Positions 26,369-40,971 of a stretch of DNA of 64,000 nt are shown one piece after another. The DNA is from Eledone cirrhosa (taxonomy: Eukaryota), in NCBI GenBank assembly GCA_964016885.1, contig OZ024746.1, forward strand, positions 73,594,001 to 73,658,000, in the 5' to 3' direction. The position numbers and the translations under genes were made by a program. Below the pieces are notes generated by a model. That model saw nothing but the letters and a program-made list of their open reading frames with translations. It searched no databases and was not told the origin of the DNA. Within the stretch, counting starts at the first letter, position 1, and each line of letters opens with the position of its first letter.

Positions 26369-26821
26369 TACTATAGGATATAATCCTATTGCGTTATTTG
26401 TTTTGACTCTGTACTTTATGAATTCAAATCTCACCGAGTTCAACTTTGCTTTTATCTTTCCGGTGTCGATAAAATAAAGTACTATCTTATCAACACCGAC
26501 AGGGTGAAAGACAAAGTTGACCGTGGTGGAATTTGAACGCAGAACGTAATGGGCTTTAATTGTCCGACTGTAATGATTCTGCCAATCCATCACATTTAAT
26601 AATTTCTAATTTTAACTCTTGGTCAGCAATTTAATGGAAGGAAACGTCGATTATATTGAGCCCAGTACTAGAAAGGTACTTTATTTTATCGATACCGAAA
26701 TGATGAAAGGAAAAGTTGAAGTGTATATTATGTTGCCAGTGTTTTCTTAAATGCTGGTGATATTAAGACAATAATCTTTGTGCATATTTTGTTGCTAATT
26801 TCATGACAATTTGGGTTTTGT

Positions 26822-27082
26822 CCGATGAAAGGTGCAACTGGCAGGAGAACCAGTGGTAGACCCCAAGCAAAATGGTTGGATAACATCCATGAGCTTGGCT
26901 GGTCTCGCTTGGGGATCCAGCCGGATCAATTGGAGACGGTTGCTTCTGACAGGACCCGCCGGAGGGAGTGTTTGAGGACTCTGCTCTCACCACGCTCTCA
27001 GGCATAAGTAGGCATAGAAGAAGAAGAAGAAGAAGAAGAAGAAGAAGAAGAAGAAGAAGAAGAAGAAGAAGAAGAAGAAGAA
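26822..27082 (+). mobile_element. RTE-group LINE 3' terminus with (GAA)n tail
   Basis: GRRTSGRPQAKWLDNI...VASDR followed by a long (GAA)n tract. Confidence 0.7.
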
Positions 27083-27528
27083 CGAAAACGGGAAAATGTG
27101 AATTAGTTTAAGAGAAATAACATGCATCAAATATGTTTTTTTCCCCAGACCCCCACAACGTCAGGAGATTCGCAAAAAGTCATGGGCGTTGCTTCTCAAT
27201 CAGTTCTTTCATTGGCTTACATTATCTTGTTTACACATGTATCTCTCGTCCTCTCTCCCATTTCTACCCTCTCCTCCTTCTCCCTCTCTTTCTCTCCTTG
27301 TTTGTACGCATAAAGATAACAAAAGTTGTAGAATTTGAAAATGATAGATAAATAAATTTCTTTTTACGTTCAACATAAGACTGACAATAAGACGTGAAAT
27401 GAGGAACGAGTTTCAGATGAATCTTCTCTACGTAAATAATCTTTTTATTAACTGGTGAAAACAACAAAAGTAAATCCGGTTTCAGTACCAGATTTTGATT
27501 GGAGAAGATTAAGAGAGCCAATACTCAC

Positions 27529-27561
27529 TTAGGATTGTATCAGTAAGAAAATAGCGAACAT
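27529..27561 (-). CDS. Candidate 33-nt host microexon (xVRYFLTDTILx)
   Basis: Minus strand: cctttttgttgcgtcatcAG / 33 nt / GTGAGT; open in phase 1-1; in sequence with no recognisable repeat. No homology recognised. Confidence 0.3.
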   Translation of the reverse strand: MFAIFLLIQS

Positions 27562-28319
27562 CTGATGACGCAACAAAAAGGACGACAGCAACAACAGCAA
27601 CACCAATAAAAATAACATAAAATAAAAACAACACAAACAATAAAAAAATCGTTTATCTAAGATAATCATAATAACTGATTTAAAAACATGCTTACTTACA
27701 ATTATCTAACCTGACCCAAGATATGTATTATAATCTTAATATTTACACGTATTGACGCAAATCAGACGCTTATAAACTTCAAAATAACTGAAAGAGATTT
27801 ATTTTGCAAAGCCATAGAAGCCAAGTATATAACTCTTGTTTAATTATTACCAAATCACTAACTTAGATATCTAAGTATGCACATTCAGGAGGTTAGTTAC
27901 TTATGCATTTAAGCTACACCTTTCAATAGTTAAAATAAATTACACCAGAAACATAACCGAAGTAACTTCGACCAGACATAATAGATGAATAGACAAATAA
28001 AGAAATAGTGAATTAAAGAAGAAAATAAACTGATGGAAAAAAGAAAGATAATTAGCAATATTTTACCGTTTAGACTACTAAACAAACAGCAATTCACGGG
28101 AGAAAATAATTGTCTGAATCAACATCTCAAAGTATTCGGCTGAATCAACATACACAGTAGTGAGAATATTTCATCACAACAGTGACTTCTCCAAATCTAA
28201 TATTGCAATTGAAGCATCAGAAAACATATAGGTCTAACCACCATATCTCGCTGAAACCATCTATTCAAGATCTCATTGAGGTCTAACAACGAATCGGGCT
28301 CACCACAAACAGTGGAAAC

Positions 28320-28381
<62 letters not shown>

Positions 28382-28441
28382 ATATTTATAAGGAAGAGAA
28401 ATTGAAAATGCAAATGGTTATATAGGAATGTGTGTTTGTAT

Positions 28442-28563
<122 letters not shown>

Positions 28564-28780
28564 TTAACGAGTGGCTATGTTGTCACGTTGATAGATTGAC
28601 CGTTCAGGATGTTTAAATGAGAAGATTTTAGAAACGTAACTATACCCAATAACAAGCAACAAAAAACAAAACCGAAACACACACAATACATGCACACATA
28701 CATTCCCAGGGACGATGCGATTTTTTTAAAGGCGGTGCCCCAGCATGGCCTCAACCGAATGACTGGAACAGGTAAAAGAG

Positions 28781-28813
<33 letters not shown>

Positions 28814-28942
28814 TTATTTATTTATTTATTTATGGTGCCCTGGTTGCCAAGATACTGTAGTGCGCACTACGTTATGAAGTAATCGCTATCCCACTAGGTC
28901 GAACCTTATTTACATAGCTGTGTGTTATGTATAAACCGAAGT

Positions 28943-29575
28943 GGGCGAAGGATTGGCAAAATCGTTAGAGCATCGGAAAAGATGTTTTGCGACATTTGTT
29001 TTGGCATTTGTTTTAAGTTCATATCTCTCCGAGGTCAACTTGGACTTTCATCCTTCCGAGATCGCTAAAATAAAGTATCAGTGAAGTACCGTGGTCGATT
29101 TCATTGACTTTCCTACCAACCCAAATTTCTGACTTTGCGCCTATATTAGAAACAGTTATTATGAGGGTGGCTGATTGCCAGAACCATTAAACCGTTGGAC
29201 CAAGTGCTTTAAGTTATCTAGTTACAACTATTTACGGTCTGAGTTCATCTCTCACCATGGACAACTTTGCCTTTCATCATTCCGGGGTAGATAAAATATA
29301 GCAACAATTTAGTACTGGGGTGGATATACTCGACTTCCTCTTCACCAAAAATTGCTGGCTTTGTGCCATTATTAGAAAGAGGGCGGTGGATTAGCAGTAT
29401 CAGTAGAGGGTCGGACGCCATGCTTTGCAGCACAGTTACGTCCCTTTACGGACTGAGTTCAAATCCCGCCGAGGTTAACTTTACCTTTCATCCATACGGG
29501 GGTCGATAAAATAAAGTACCAGTAATGCACTGGTATAATTGCTGGCCTTGTGCCAAAAGTAGAAACAATTATTAT
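28943..29575 (+). mobile_element. Cluster of three SINE copies of different ages
   Basis: Repeated SINE core; the youngest copy is at 29380-29573. Confidence 0.8.
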
Positions 29576-29619
29576 AAAGATTTATTGTATTAGGTTATTA
29601 TTATTGTTATTGTTGCTGT

Positions 29620-31230
29620 TTAGTTCCAGGCCAACTCAGAAAACCGTCATTTGTATTTTGGACACCTTAGCCCAGTCGAACAAGGAGTTGTTTTTGGCGG
29701 AAGTAAATTTTGGTGTAGCTGGTTTATGTGGAATTTCTTGAAGGAATGTGTCCAAGACTCATTTAAATGCCATATGATCTTTTTCTTCCTGAATGATATT
29801 AAAGAGAGCAGGGCCAGTCGAGATGAAATAGTTGTGCTGTAATGTTACTTGATGCGAACTAAATATATGTAGTGGGCAGATGGCATAGAGAGCAAGCTTT
29901 AAGGGAATTTTAAAGTTAAAGCCAGTATCATTTGGACAATATTGAGAGAATATTTTCCATATCATACAAATGATATAGCGCCCGCGGCGGCGTTGGAGAG
30001 AATAGAATTTTAGTTTTTCTAATCGATCCCAGTAATCAAAGTCTGCTATGCCGTTTATCTTGTTTTGTAATTGACTTCTTGTGTGCTTCAATGTTCATGT
30101 TGGGAGACCGAAATGGATAACATTATTCAAGGTGGGACCGGGCAAAGGTAGAAAACAGAAATACAATGGTATGAATATCCCTAGACTGTATTAAGGATGC
30201 AGGAACACATCTTGAGAGTCATGTCAACTTTGATGTTAATGTGGGCACTCCAGCTTAGGATTTTATCAACACTTATTCCGAGATCTCAAATATTATGATA
30301 CCACGAGGTTTTCGACAGGGGAAACGAATATGATAGCTTGAGTCGTTTAGCAGTATATTGTTTTGTTCCCCACCTATTGGATAATAGCTAGCAGATCCGA
30401 TTGTTGAATCTTCTGAAGCTTAGAGTTGCCTGCAAAAATTCTTATTTTGCTGTGTTTGATAACATCTATGATATTATTGATGCAAATAATTGTTTCTATT
30501 TTTGGCACAAGACCAGCAATTATCTCAGTGTATTACTGGTACTTTATTTTATCAACCCTGTAAGGATGAAAGGCAAAGTTAACCTCGGCGGGATTTGAAC
30601 TCAGATCTTAAAGGGAGGTAACTCTATGCTTCAAAGCATGGCGGAAGAGGAATGAATCCAATACAATGCCTAGTGGTATAGCTCAAATGACTTTTGCTCA
30701 GCTTCATTAAACTCCTTCGACCACAAAAGGCTGGGTTCTGTTCACTAGTAAACACACAATCAACTAATGTAATTTCACACAGATTCCAATGTCCGATAGT
30801 TTCTTCAATAGGATGCTGTGATTGCTACGCTGAAGTCCAAGTATATAACATTTGTGTTGGAACCCTCTCCCCCCAAAATGTCATAAAAGAGGTGCAGCAG
30901 ATGTGTTAAGTAGTCAACGTCATTGTGGAAACCATGCTGGTTGGAATTAAATAGATTGTTACTTTTGTGATCTCATTATCCTCTCAAATAATTCATTGAT
31001 ATGAGAGGTAAATGAAATCGGTCGATAATTCACTGCAAGGGATTTGCTTCCTTTTTTAAAACTGGGATGACAGACTGGGATAGAAGATGATACAATATAT
31101 AGCCTGCGCCTAGTTATTTCGTCAAGATAGAAGGGTTGCAATTTGATGCTGACACTCCTTCAGCACACTAGCGGAGAACATATCGGCGCCCAGAGGTGAG
31201 TTGTGTTTAATTTTGTTTATTGCTCATATA
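29620..31230 (-). pseudogene. Decayed CR1-like LINE ORF2 (related to 59335..62355), interrupted by a SINE at ~30487-30642
   Basis: [21 protein letters not shown]; DYWDRLEKLKFYSLQRRRGRYIICMIWK; HNYFISTGPALFNI. Confidence 0.9.
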
Positions 31231-31525
31231 TATCCTTAGCTTGTGATGGAAGTATTCAATGGAATGGTGTATAGTGGCCTGTTGTCTGTGTTATTTCAGG
31301 AAATAGTGTGGTAGCTGGTGGTCAAGGTATAGTGACACTGGATGAGGAAATTAGCGTAGTTTCTAAGGATCATTGTGAGGTCGTGTTGTTTGTGATGGTG
31401 GTGGTTGGTGTGTGTGATCATGTTAGTTTAGATGATTGATGAATTGTGTTGGTTTACTTAACTAGCAATGTAAGTGATAGTAATTAATTAATTGGTTGTG
31501 TTATGTATGTATGTTGTATGTATGT

Positions 31526-31972
31526 CAAAGGAGCCCTTAAGAGTAAATGGCCATCCAAAATCACCGGGAGAGATGACCCCTTAGCCTTTGTCAAGGCAGA
31601 ATTCTAGGAGAAGGAAAACTCTGATATAACACCTGCAACCCTGATGGTATCCAATGATGTTGACTTGTTCTTCTTTTTGGTAAATATCATCTTGGTTAAG
31701 AGAGTGGGACTGGCTTTGTGCAGTGCCTTTGCTCACTCTAAAAGCTTCACGGCACAGGCATTGCTTTACATCTGGAGATCTCTCTGCACTTGTCGTCACA
31801 TGGTACCATGGGCCCAGCACTATGTGTCAATAATTGTCACAAGTGTAGTGTTTGTACCAGAGTTTTCAAGTCGCTGGCTGGACTAAAAAGTCAGACTCGT
31901 TCAGCGCATCGGTAGGGGTTCTCCTACATGGATATAAAGTAGTGGCCGTACTCGAAAACGAGTTGGCAGCCC

Positions 31973-31974
<2 letters not shown>
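31526..31974 (+). mobile_element. 5'-truncated copy of the bipartite RTE-derived element
   Basis: Near-identical to 7927-8373; ends in (TA)n. Confidence 0.8.
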
Positions 31975-32030
<56 letters not shown>

Positions 32031-32803
32031 CACCTCAATTTGAGAAGACGCAAAAAAAAAAATTGTTTTAACTACGAATGTCAGGCGAAGAGTATAAAGT
32101 TTTGTTGCTGTTGTTGCTCTTCTTCTTCTTCTTCTTCTTCTTCTTCTTCTTCTTCTTCTTCTTCTTCTTCTGCTGCTGCTGCTGCTGCTGTTGTTTAGAT
32201 TAGGCCCATCATTGTCGATCAGAACTAATAATTTTATTAGTTTTTATAGCTACTGAAATTTTTTTGTTTGGTTTGATGACCGAAAGAGTAATCTATATAC
32301 CACTAAAACTCTGTGATTGTGTTTTATCTGTAATTTGATACAGCCCAAACAGCACAAAATGGGAAAATACTTTGTAAAGAAGTTGCCCCTGAAATGGGAA
32401 TATAAATACAAAGTTTCGCGTAAATCGGAGCACGGGTTCCCGAGATACAGGGTTTTTTCGGGTACCTTCGTAAATAGAGAGAGAGAGAGAACGATAGAGA
32501 GAACGACAGAGAGAACGACAGAGAGAAAGAAATAGTGGTTGCGAGAGAGTAGATTGAAAAAGAGAGAGAGAGAGTGAGTGAGAGGGAGAGAGAGAGAGAG
32601 AGTGTGTGTGTGTATGAGAGAGAGAGAGAGAGAGTGAGAATGAGAGAATGAGACAGAGAAGGAAAATGGAAGAGAGAGAGAGAGAGATGATGGTGTTGTT
32701 GAATGTATATATATATATATATGTACACACACACACACACACACATATATATACATATATATATGTATGCACACACACGCACATAGATATATATACACAC
32801 ACA

Positions 32804-32868
<65 letters not shown>

Positions 32869-33219
32869 GTCTTCCAATTTCATTTTACATTATATACATG
32901 TCTGTGCATATTTTAATTATTTAAATGCAGTCTAGTAGTATAGTAAACTCTGGCAAAGATAATTTTCTGACACAGTCCCATTCAAACAAAGCATGGTAGG
33001 AGTTATAGTAAAAACTTAACGGTAGTTGAAATATTTTGCATGATCGAATCCAAACCTTTTTAAAGGAAAGTTTTCAGGGGAATATCGTCTTAACCGAATA
33101 TTTGTCTCATGCGCTTAACCTTTTCGTTACTATATTTTTAACGAAGAACGTTGCCTATGGTTTTCAAATAATTTCGAAAATAGTCAAAAATTTGGAGGGG
33201 TTTAACTATTTTATTATTA

Positions 33220-33402
33220 GTGGCAGTATCGGTAGAGGGTCGGATGTCATGCTTTGACGTATAGAGTTACGGCCCTTGCCATTCTGAGTTCAAATCCCGC
33301 CGAGGTTAACTTTGCCTTTCATCCTTATGGGGTCGATAAAATAAAGTACCAGTAATGCTCTGGGTATTTGCTGGCCTTGTGCCAAAAGTAGAAACAAATA
33401 TT
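33220..33402 (+). mobile_element. tRNA-derived SINE
   Basis: Matches SINE consensus. Confidence 0.85.
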
Positions 33403-33751
33403 AGGTTGGTGGTTTCCGTCTCCCCCACCCTTTCCCCCCTTTCACCCTTAAATTCCTGTGCACCAGCACCCCGAAAAAACTTAATAAATTATGATGGAAT
33501 TTATTTTTTGTTTTTGATATCACGTTCAAATAAATACCTTTGTATCATAGAACCAAGGGTGGTTTCTGGTGGCTTAATATTGAAAAGGTTAATGTAAAAA
33601 TGATTAGTCATATACAATGAATTGAAAGGTTTAACTAAAAAGATATTTTCGTTAAGAGACCCAAGGCTAAACTGCTAACTTACAACACTGATCGTTTTAG
33701 AAAAAGAAACAGGATCTAATTTCCTTCTTATTTGAAGTCATTAATGACAAC

Positions 33752-33897
33752 ATGCTTTCCAGCATAGTTACGTCCCTTTACGATCTGAGTTCAAATCCCG
33801 CCGAGGTTGACTTTGCCTTTCATCCTTACGGGGTCGATAAAATAAAGTACCAGTAATGCACTGAGTAATTGCTGGCCTTGTGCCTAAAGTAGAAACA
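33752..33897 (+). mobile_element. 5'-truncated SINE with 12-bp TSD
   Basis: ATTAATGACAAC on both sides. Confidence 0.85.
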
Positions 33898-35059
33898 ATT
33901 AATGACAACTACTAAATGCTGCATATTATAAACAACCACGAATTTCATGCTTATCTATTCGAGCTGAGACCCCCCCCCCCCAAAAAAAAAAAAACGAAAA
34001 CGAAAATATATGTCTTTATCTGTTTCAGTCGTATAGGCATGTATTTATTTAAAGACAGGTAGACTGAGTCAATAAAAGTAAATACCGTAATCATGGGAGT
34101 TGGTGCAGATTCAATGGTGATATACAAATGTAGATGCTTCGATCAACACCACTTGATCGGCCATTCCCGCCAAGGTTAACTTTGCCTTTCATCCTTACGG
34201 GGTCGATACAATAAAGTACCAGTAATACACTGGAATAATTGCTGACTTGTGCCAAAAGTAGAAACAATTATTTTTCTGTGCGAAAAGGATTAAAGAGATC
34301 TCAAATGAGACTCATTGGTTACAATCTAAGCTGAAATAAAACAAACAATTAAAATAACTTGTACGAGAACTATAAGTAAGGGCACTTTTGAAAACGGAAA
34401 ACGAACATGAGACCCGATTTGCGAAATGTCAAAGCATACATAACAATAAAATTCACGTGTTGCTACCTAATCCATAGCGTACACTATGCAAGGTGTTTAT
34501 ATTTGTACAAGCTGGCAAAATTCTGAGCCCTGACCTCTTAGTTATATTTTTCTTTTATTAAACAGTGCATCTCCACCACTACACCAGTTTTGTTTGAAAA
34601 TCTTTGTAAATTACTTCAAATACAAATAAAAAGAAACCCCGAGGAAAATTCCTGAGCAATGAAAATCAATTTTTCCCCAACAAAGTTAAATATTTGTTGC
34701 CTATGAACTGTAAGCAGAAAGCAATAGATAGGAGACGAAAATACGTCATAACATAGATCACGTGTCTTGTAATGAAGTTCCTTTATTTCTTACACACACA
34801 CACACACACACATGTACGCACGTACGTATATTTGCACTTCAACGACACGGTGAGATACAACTCTCACAGAGTATAAATTTTCTTAGTCGATTGAATAGTT
34901 AACACGAATTTCTTCAATCGCATCAATTACTGTATACTCAACCTCAATGAATTTTGTGGTCACATACCACGAGTTGAGGACTTGAATTTATCACTGCGAG
35001 CTAATAAAATAGTTTACAATTTCGCTATGTTTCCACAGTTTAAAGCAATGTAAATTTGT

Positions 35060-35406
35060 GTTATGTATCTTTGCCGTTGATATAGTTAGGATACAAAATG
35101 ACAGTTATTTGGCTGATAGTTAGATGCCCTATTGACACGACCATTTATCAGTGCGAACTTCCAGCGCGTCTCCCTCACTCACCATCCTCCGAGGAAACGC
35201 CTTCTCTATTCTGTCCGCCGTGGCCGCGGGACGACCAGCGCGTGGGCCCCCATTTGCTCACAATAGTGAGGGATGGGGAGAGCGGGAGAGACGGAGGCAG
35301 TGACAGAGTCTGAGTTTGGTTCTTTTGTGTTCGGACCTGGTGTATTTATATGTATATAAGAGAGAATGAGTATTTGCCACTATCAGCACAGGCATATATA
35401 ATATCA
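35060..35406 (+). repeat. GC-richer dispersed repeat (possible solo LTR); related inverted copy at ~50800-51214
   Basis: Shared block ACCATCCTCCGAGGAAACGCC...TTCTGTCCGCC...CCCCATTTGCTCAC; both copies begin TGTTA. Confidence 0.5.
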
Positions 35407-36693
35407 AAACTAGCATTTGTGCACTTTGTGATATATTGAAGATAGGTGGCGAATGTGCAGAGTCATTAACACATCGGATAGAATGCATTGCGATATTCAC
35501 TCTGAGTTCAAAACCCACGGTCGTCAACTTTGCCTTACATCCTTTCGAGATTGATAAAAAAGTACCAGTCTAATACTGAGGTCTATTCTTCCTCTATTTC
35601 TGTTTCTCACCTCCTCTCACCATACATTCACACACATACACACTCTCTCTTTCCTCTGGAGTAAATTGGCTGTGTTCTGACCTGGGGAGTGGATTAACAC
35701 CGCCAGCTTTAAAACGTCCATCATACTCTATAATACTATGGCGCCCCAACGACCCCATCAGGGGTTACGCGGGCGTCCATCCGTCCCTCCATCCATACAT
35801 ACAAATAAAAAAAAAACACTCATACAAACAATATTCTGAAGACAGATTGGGAAAATTGGAAGATATGAAAAAGATGAAAGGAAAGAAAGAAACAAGGTAA
35901 GTTATCCGAAAAAGCACTGAGTGACATAAACAAACGAGGAAAGATAGAATAGATTAAATAAAGGTTATTAATTTAGACAGAATACCAGCAATTTAGAGGC
36001 AGGGGCAAGTCGATTATATTGATCTCAGTACTTGACTGGTAATTTATTAACCACAGAAGAATGAAAGAGTCAAAGTTGATCTCGGTGAGATTTGAACTCA
36101 AAACTTAAAGAGCTTGAACAAATACCACAAATTATTTGTCCGACGCTTTAAAAGATTCTACCAAACCGCTCCGCTGAAACGAGGGTTACATAACAAGAAA
36201 TATAATTAAGAACAATCTATAGGAAAAAGAAAAAAGTAAAGTCTGAAGAAACCATTATTTGATTTTGTATAGTGCAAATATAAGAAATATATAGGTTTTC
36301 TTAGTAAGACCCTAGTACTAGACTGGTACTTTTTTATCGACCTCGAATGGATGAAAGGCAAAGTTCACCTTGGGATTTGAACTCAGCGAGCAGAGAGCCA
36401 GAATTAATACCGCCAATCATTCTATCCAGACTTCTAATGATTTTAAGTCTGTCTTATTGATCAAGGTAAACCTGAGGCTAAACAACAGCAATAAGAATAA
36501 AAGTCGAATAAACATATCTCCATAAATGTGCAAGTGTACCATTAAAAAGTAGTCCCCCTCCTCCAGGCGCTGCTTGGAGACAGGCCCACCCCGATGTGGA
36601 TGAAATTATAGAGGAAGATGAAAACTACATTGCCTCACACCCAAATTCGAGCTCCTGTGTCTATGTTAGAAATCAGTATTATTTAGTGTCTAA

Positions 36694-36877
36694 GGGCGGT
36701 GGATTGGCAGTATCGGTAGAGGGTCGGACGCCATGCTTTCCAGCATAGTTACGTCCGTTTACGATCTGAGTTCAAATCCCGCCGAGGTTGATTTTGCCTT
36801 TCATCCTTACGGGGTCGATAAAATAAAGTACCAGTAATGCACTGGTAATTGCTGGCCTTGTGCCTAAAGTAGAAACA
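36694..36877 (+). mobile_element. Young full-length SINE with 16-bp TSD
   Basis: ATTATTTAGTGTCTAA at 36678-36693 and 36878-36893. Confidence 0.9.
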
Positions 36878-38759
36878 ATTATTTAGTGTCTAATAAGTAC
36901 AGTAAGAGGGGTCGAATTGATAGAGTCGTTAGAAAGTCCGATAGAATGTTTTGCGGTATTCGTTCCGGCTCCCAGCAATCTGAGTTCAAATCTCACCGTC
37001 GTCACCTTTATTTTTCATCCTTTCGAGGTTGATAAAAAAGGACCAGTCTGGTACTAGGATCAATTCCTCCTCTAAACCTTTTTCTCACTTCCTCTCCATC
37101 ACACACACTCTCTTTCTTCCTTTGGCATAAACTAGCTGTAGTCAAACTTGGAGAGGGATGGGCTGCGTCAAGACAATTTGAATATAACTATGGCGCTCCT
37201 ATCTCCAAATCAGGAGTTACGGTCCATACATAGACATATATACAAGTATAGTAAAAATAAATAATTAAAATCTTAGATCATATTTAGAAGATATGAGACA
37301 TCTTTATAATAGTTGAAAATAAAAGAGGAGGAGGTGTACGTAAGTAGTTCGCTGATAATAGTTCTATTGCTTTTATATTAATCACAGTGGCTAGTTTGGA
37401 TACAATTTACGGGAGCAAACAAGTTATAAACCTGTTTTCTGTTGTCATAATGAGATAAATAAGATTAGTTGTATTAACAAGCGGTGAATAACAAAAAAAT
37501 AGCATGTTCCCCTCTCGTTCCTCTTTATACTCAGTAAAGAGTTAAGTTGAATCTTCTTTCGGAGGTAAGCAATTTTATCATTGTATCAACATTAGTAGAT
37601 AAAAAACACTTGAGTTACACAACGTTATCACACATTTTCCGCATATTTAAAAAAAAACAAAAGCTCGCCAATAATTTGTTTCAGTTAAAATTGTATTTCT
37701 TAAAAGGTTTCATATATATTTTTATTAGTATTTGTAATTGTTTATTTTGGTGTCAGAATTAAACTATTTTAGTTTTATTTCTGTGCCGAATTACATGTTT
37801 CAAATTGCCTGTTAGGTTTATAGCCTACCACACCTGCACAATAAGCCATGACCCCACCCCCGCCCATAAAAAGAACATACAGCCAAGAAAATTATATTCA
37901 CTTTCAAACAATGCGTCTTTAAAGACGTGTGCATTACAGAAATAAGACGTTTTAACTTAATTTTTAGGTTAAAAGAAAAGAGAAACCTCAACACCACCGT
38001 GAACTATATTTATATTTTTATGGAAAAACTAAGCAATGTATTTTAAGCTCATACAACTTTTTAATTTGTTAATTATTATATATTTCACATATAGGTGTGA
38101 AATATTTTATGTGCTTGTGAGTTCTTAGTTTTTTAGCTCCAAACCAGCAGGCTTATAGTCAATGGCATTTCAACCATGCCTATCCCATCTTATATTGAGA
38201 TATAGTTTCCTCAAGATTACATTATTCAATATGCCTTTTTAAGACAGCGGTGTGTGGTTTCTGGCTGTTTATATTGCTTTTTCTCGAAGGTTGAGCAGCA
38301 GCGAAAAAGCATTTTTGTTGGATCGAGTTGGTCAGTTCATTTCACTGAGGTCGTAAATTAGTGTTTCTTGTTATTTATTATTACCAATGTCACATTACCG
38401 AAGTCCGACTCATAGGATTAATTTGTGACACATTTTTGCCGAACTAAACCATACTTATTGCGTACAATTTTTTTCTAATTACAGTTGATATTCTCAGGAT
38501 AAAAACAGTTTTTTCTGCAAAAATATGAAAATATTACGTGTGAAAATAAGTATTAGTCGTTCTTTAAGTTAGAATACTTCATATTTCACCCAACTGAATA
38601 TCGTTCTATCACTATATAGCAACATTATAGTGCAGGACTACTCTATGTCGTCATGGACGTTTGATGCTACAACAGATAATCTTTGTCGATGTATGTACAA
38701 TCAAAGACTAGAATCAATTAGCCATACTACACAAAATCGGATAATGTAGCCATCGTCAT

Positions 38760-40210
38760 TCTTCAAGTTGAATGTTAATTGGAATTCGCAACCTGTATTT
38801 CGAAGCTTAAAGTCAGCAAGAACGTTGGTCATATCTATCCAGTGCTCTTAAATTAGGCCAGGAAAATATAGAGATCGTATCTAAGTTGAGACTAGTAACA
38901 CCCGTGGACATCTGGAATGAGAAATCAAATGAAGGGCGCGTGGAAATTGGTGTTGATCTTGCAACCCCTTATGAAATGCTTAAGAAGTTAGAAGCGATTC
39001 TTAACCCTATAAATGAACGAATAATGTCTCTGCGCCTACACTTGAATGGTTAAAGATTTACTACTCTAAGTGTTTATGCTCCTACTCTGAACACTCCTAA
39101 TCTCGACAAAACTACATTCTATGCCCAGCTGAGAGCTGTACTCAGGAAAATCTTCATGTCTGACAAGATCATTCTACTTGGATACTCCAGTAAAAGGACT
39201 GTAAAAGGTTGGTAAGCGTGGACATGTGCTGGGTGTTTAGATGCGACGAAAGTGGAATAGCAATGGTCGTATGCTCTTAGAACTTTGAAATATATAGTTT
39301 TTATATTGTCAGCACTCATTTTATGCGTAAAATTGATCACACAACAATATGAATGCATTCGAGGTCATTGGCTTGTCACTTACTGTATTATATAATTGTT
39401 TCTACTTTAGGCACAAGGCCAGCAATTACCCAGTACATTACTGGTACTTTATTTTATCGACCCCGTAAGGATGAAAGGCAAATAATGATCCATAAGCATA
39501 ATATCCGCGATATTTATAGTATCAAGTTCTTTCTTGGCTCAGAATTTTGAATGGGCCATTGTTTAATGCAAGTAAAATTCGGCTTGATAATTCGGGTGAG
39601 AGTATGTCTGTTAGATATACGATCCTGTGCTGCTAAAGGATATTAAGAACTATTATTCAGACTGGGTTATCCAATGCTCTGCTAAAACATCGGTATATGC
39701 TACAGTCAGTCAAAGGGACTGGTTTGGTGAAACTGATTTCTGGATTCAGTGACTCTTGCTTACAAAGTGTGATTTTCACAATATATCAAACCACGATGAG
39801 CTACCAATTGAATATCAGAATCTAGTGCTTGTTCAATATAAGAATATAAAGCTTCAACTGCAGTAATCATTGAGGCAGATGCAGAATACCTCGAGAGAGG
39901 GACTTGCAAGTTGCTGTTGATACCATTGACAATAAGAAGCTCTATCATCTCATGGTGGTAAAGATATGCCTCGGCTCCTTTGCTTTCTACTCACCAAATC
40001 ACAAGTCGCTAGATTGAACATTTTTCTGAACAGTTAAACGATTGTGAATGAAGCAATAACTATCACCATTCAGCAAAGACCTCTTTTTATTTCCTTGGAC
40101 ATTGTACTCTCAGTAGATGAGGTTGCAACAGCAATATGGAGATTGAATCTAGGTAAAACTGCGGATAAAGATGGAATCTACACCGAGACATTACGCTTTG
40201 GTAGCATTCA
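38760..40210 (+). pseudogene. Old RTE endonuclease/linker relic with SINE insertion (~39395-39480)
   Basis: PINERIMSLRL...SVYAPT...FYAQL...DKIILLG; DEVATAIWRLNLGKTADKDGIYTE. Confidence 0.75.
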
Positions 40211-40883
40211 AAGGTAGTTTTCCGGGTGATTCAGTATGACAATATTTAACAAGGCTGGCTCTTGGTATATCAACTACATGAACTAGAATGACATGACGTG
40301 ACATAAGATATCTTGCTCAGGGACAACTCTGCGAACGTGAGTTGAACATCTTAACCATACACACGCATATTGCATGTGTCTGTGTATATGTGCGTACGAG
40401 TGTTTATGCATCCATACATGTATTTTGTTCTTAGATAGGCACAAGGCAAGAATTTTGGGGAAGGGAATTGTCAATTTTATCAACCCCAGTACTTTACTCG
40501 TACTATAATTTACCGAATATAGAAGAATAAAGGCAATGTTAACGAAGACGAGATTTGATTTCAGAACCTAAAGAAAACCACAGAAACTATAATATATATT
40601 GCGAAAAAAATGTATTACGGAAAATTTCATACAATGTTTGAATTTGAACTGGTTTTTGAAACTCTTATTTCAGGCATAATCGTGTCTTTCATATTTACTC
40701 AATGTTAATGACATTTAACTAATACACACCCTAAATATAAAGTTGGTCATCGAGAATAACATACAAAACAAGTGTTGCATTACTAATCAGTTTTGCTATT
40801 TCTGTGTTTAAACTTGCTGTTTGGTCATTTTGTTGTCACATTCTGATTGTAAACGAATAAGAAGAATAAACTAACAAAAGAAA

Positions 40884-40915
<32 letters not shown>

Positions 40916-40920
40916 ACACA

Positions 40921-40968
<48 letters not shown>

Positions 40969-40971
40969 AAA

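Noticed and set aside
27562-27590. CTGATGA as a hammerhead core (also 4494, 35836, 36243)
   Set aside because: No stem II or properly placed GAAA/stem I could be formed.
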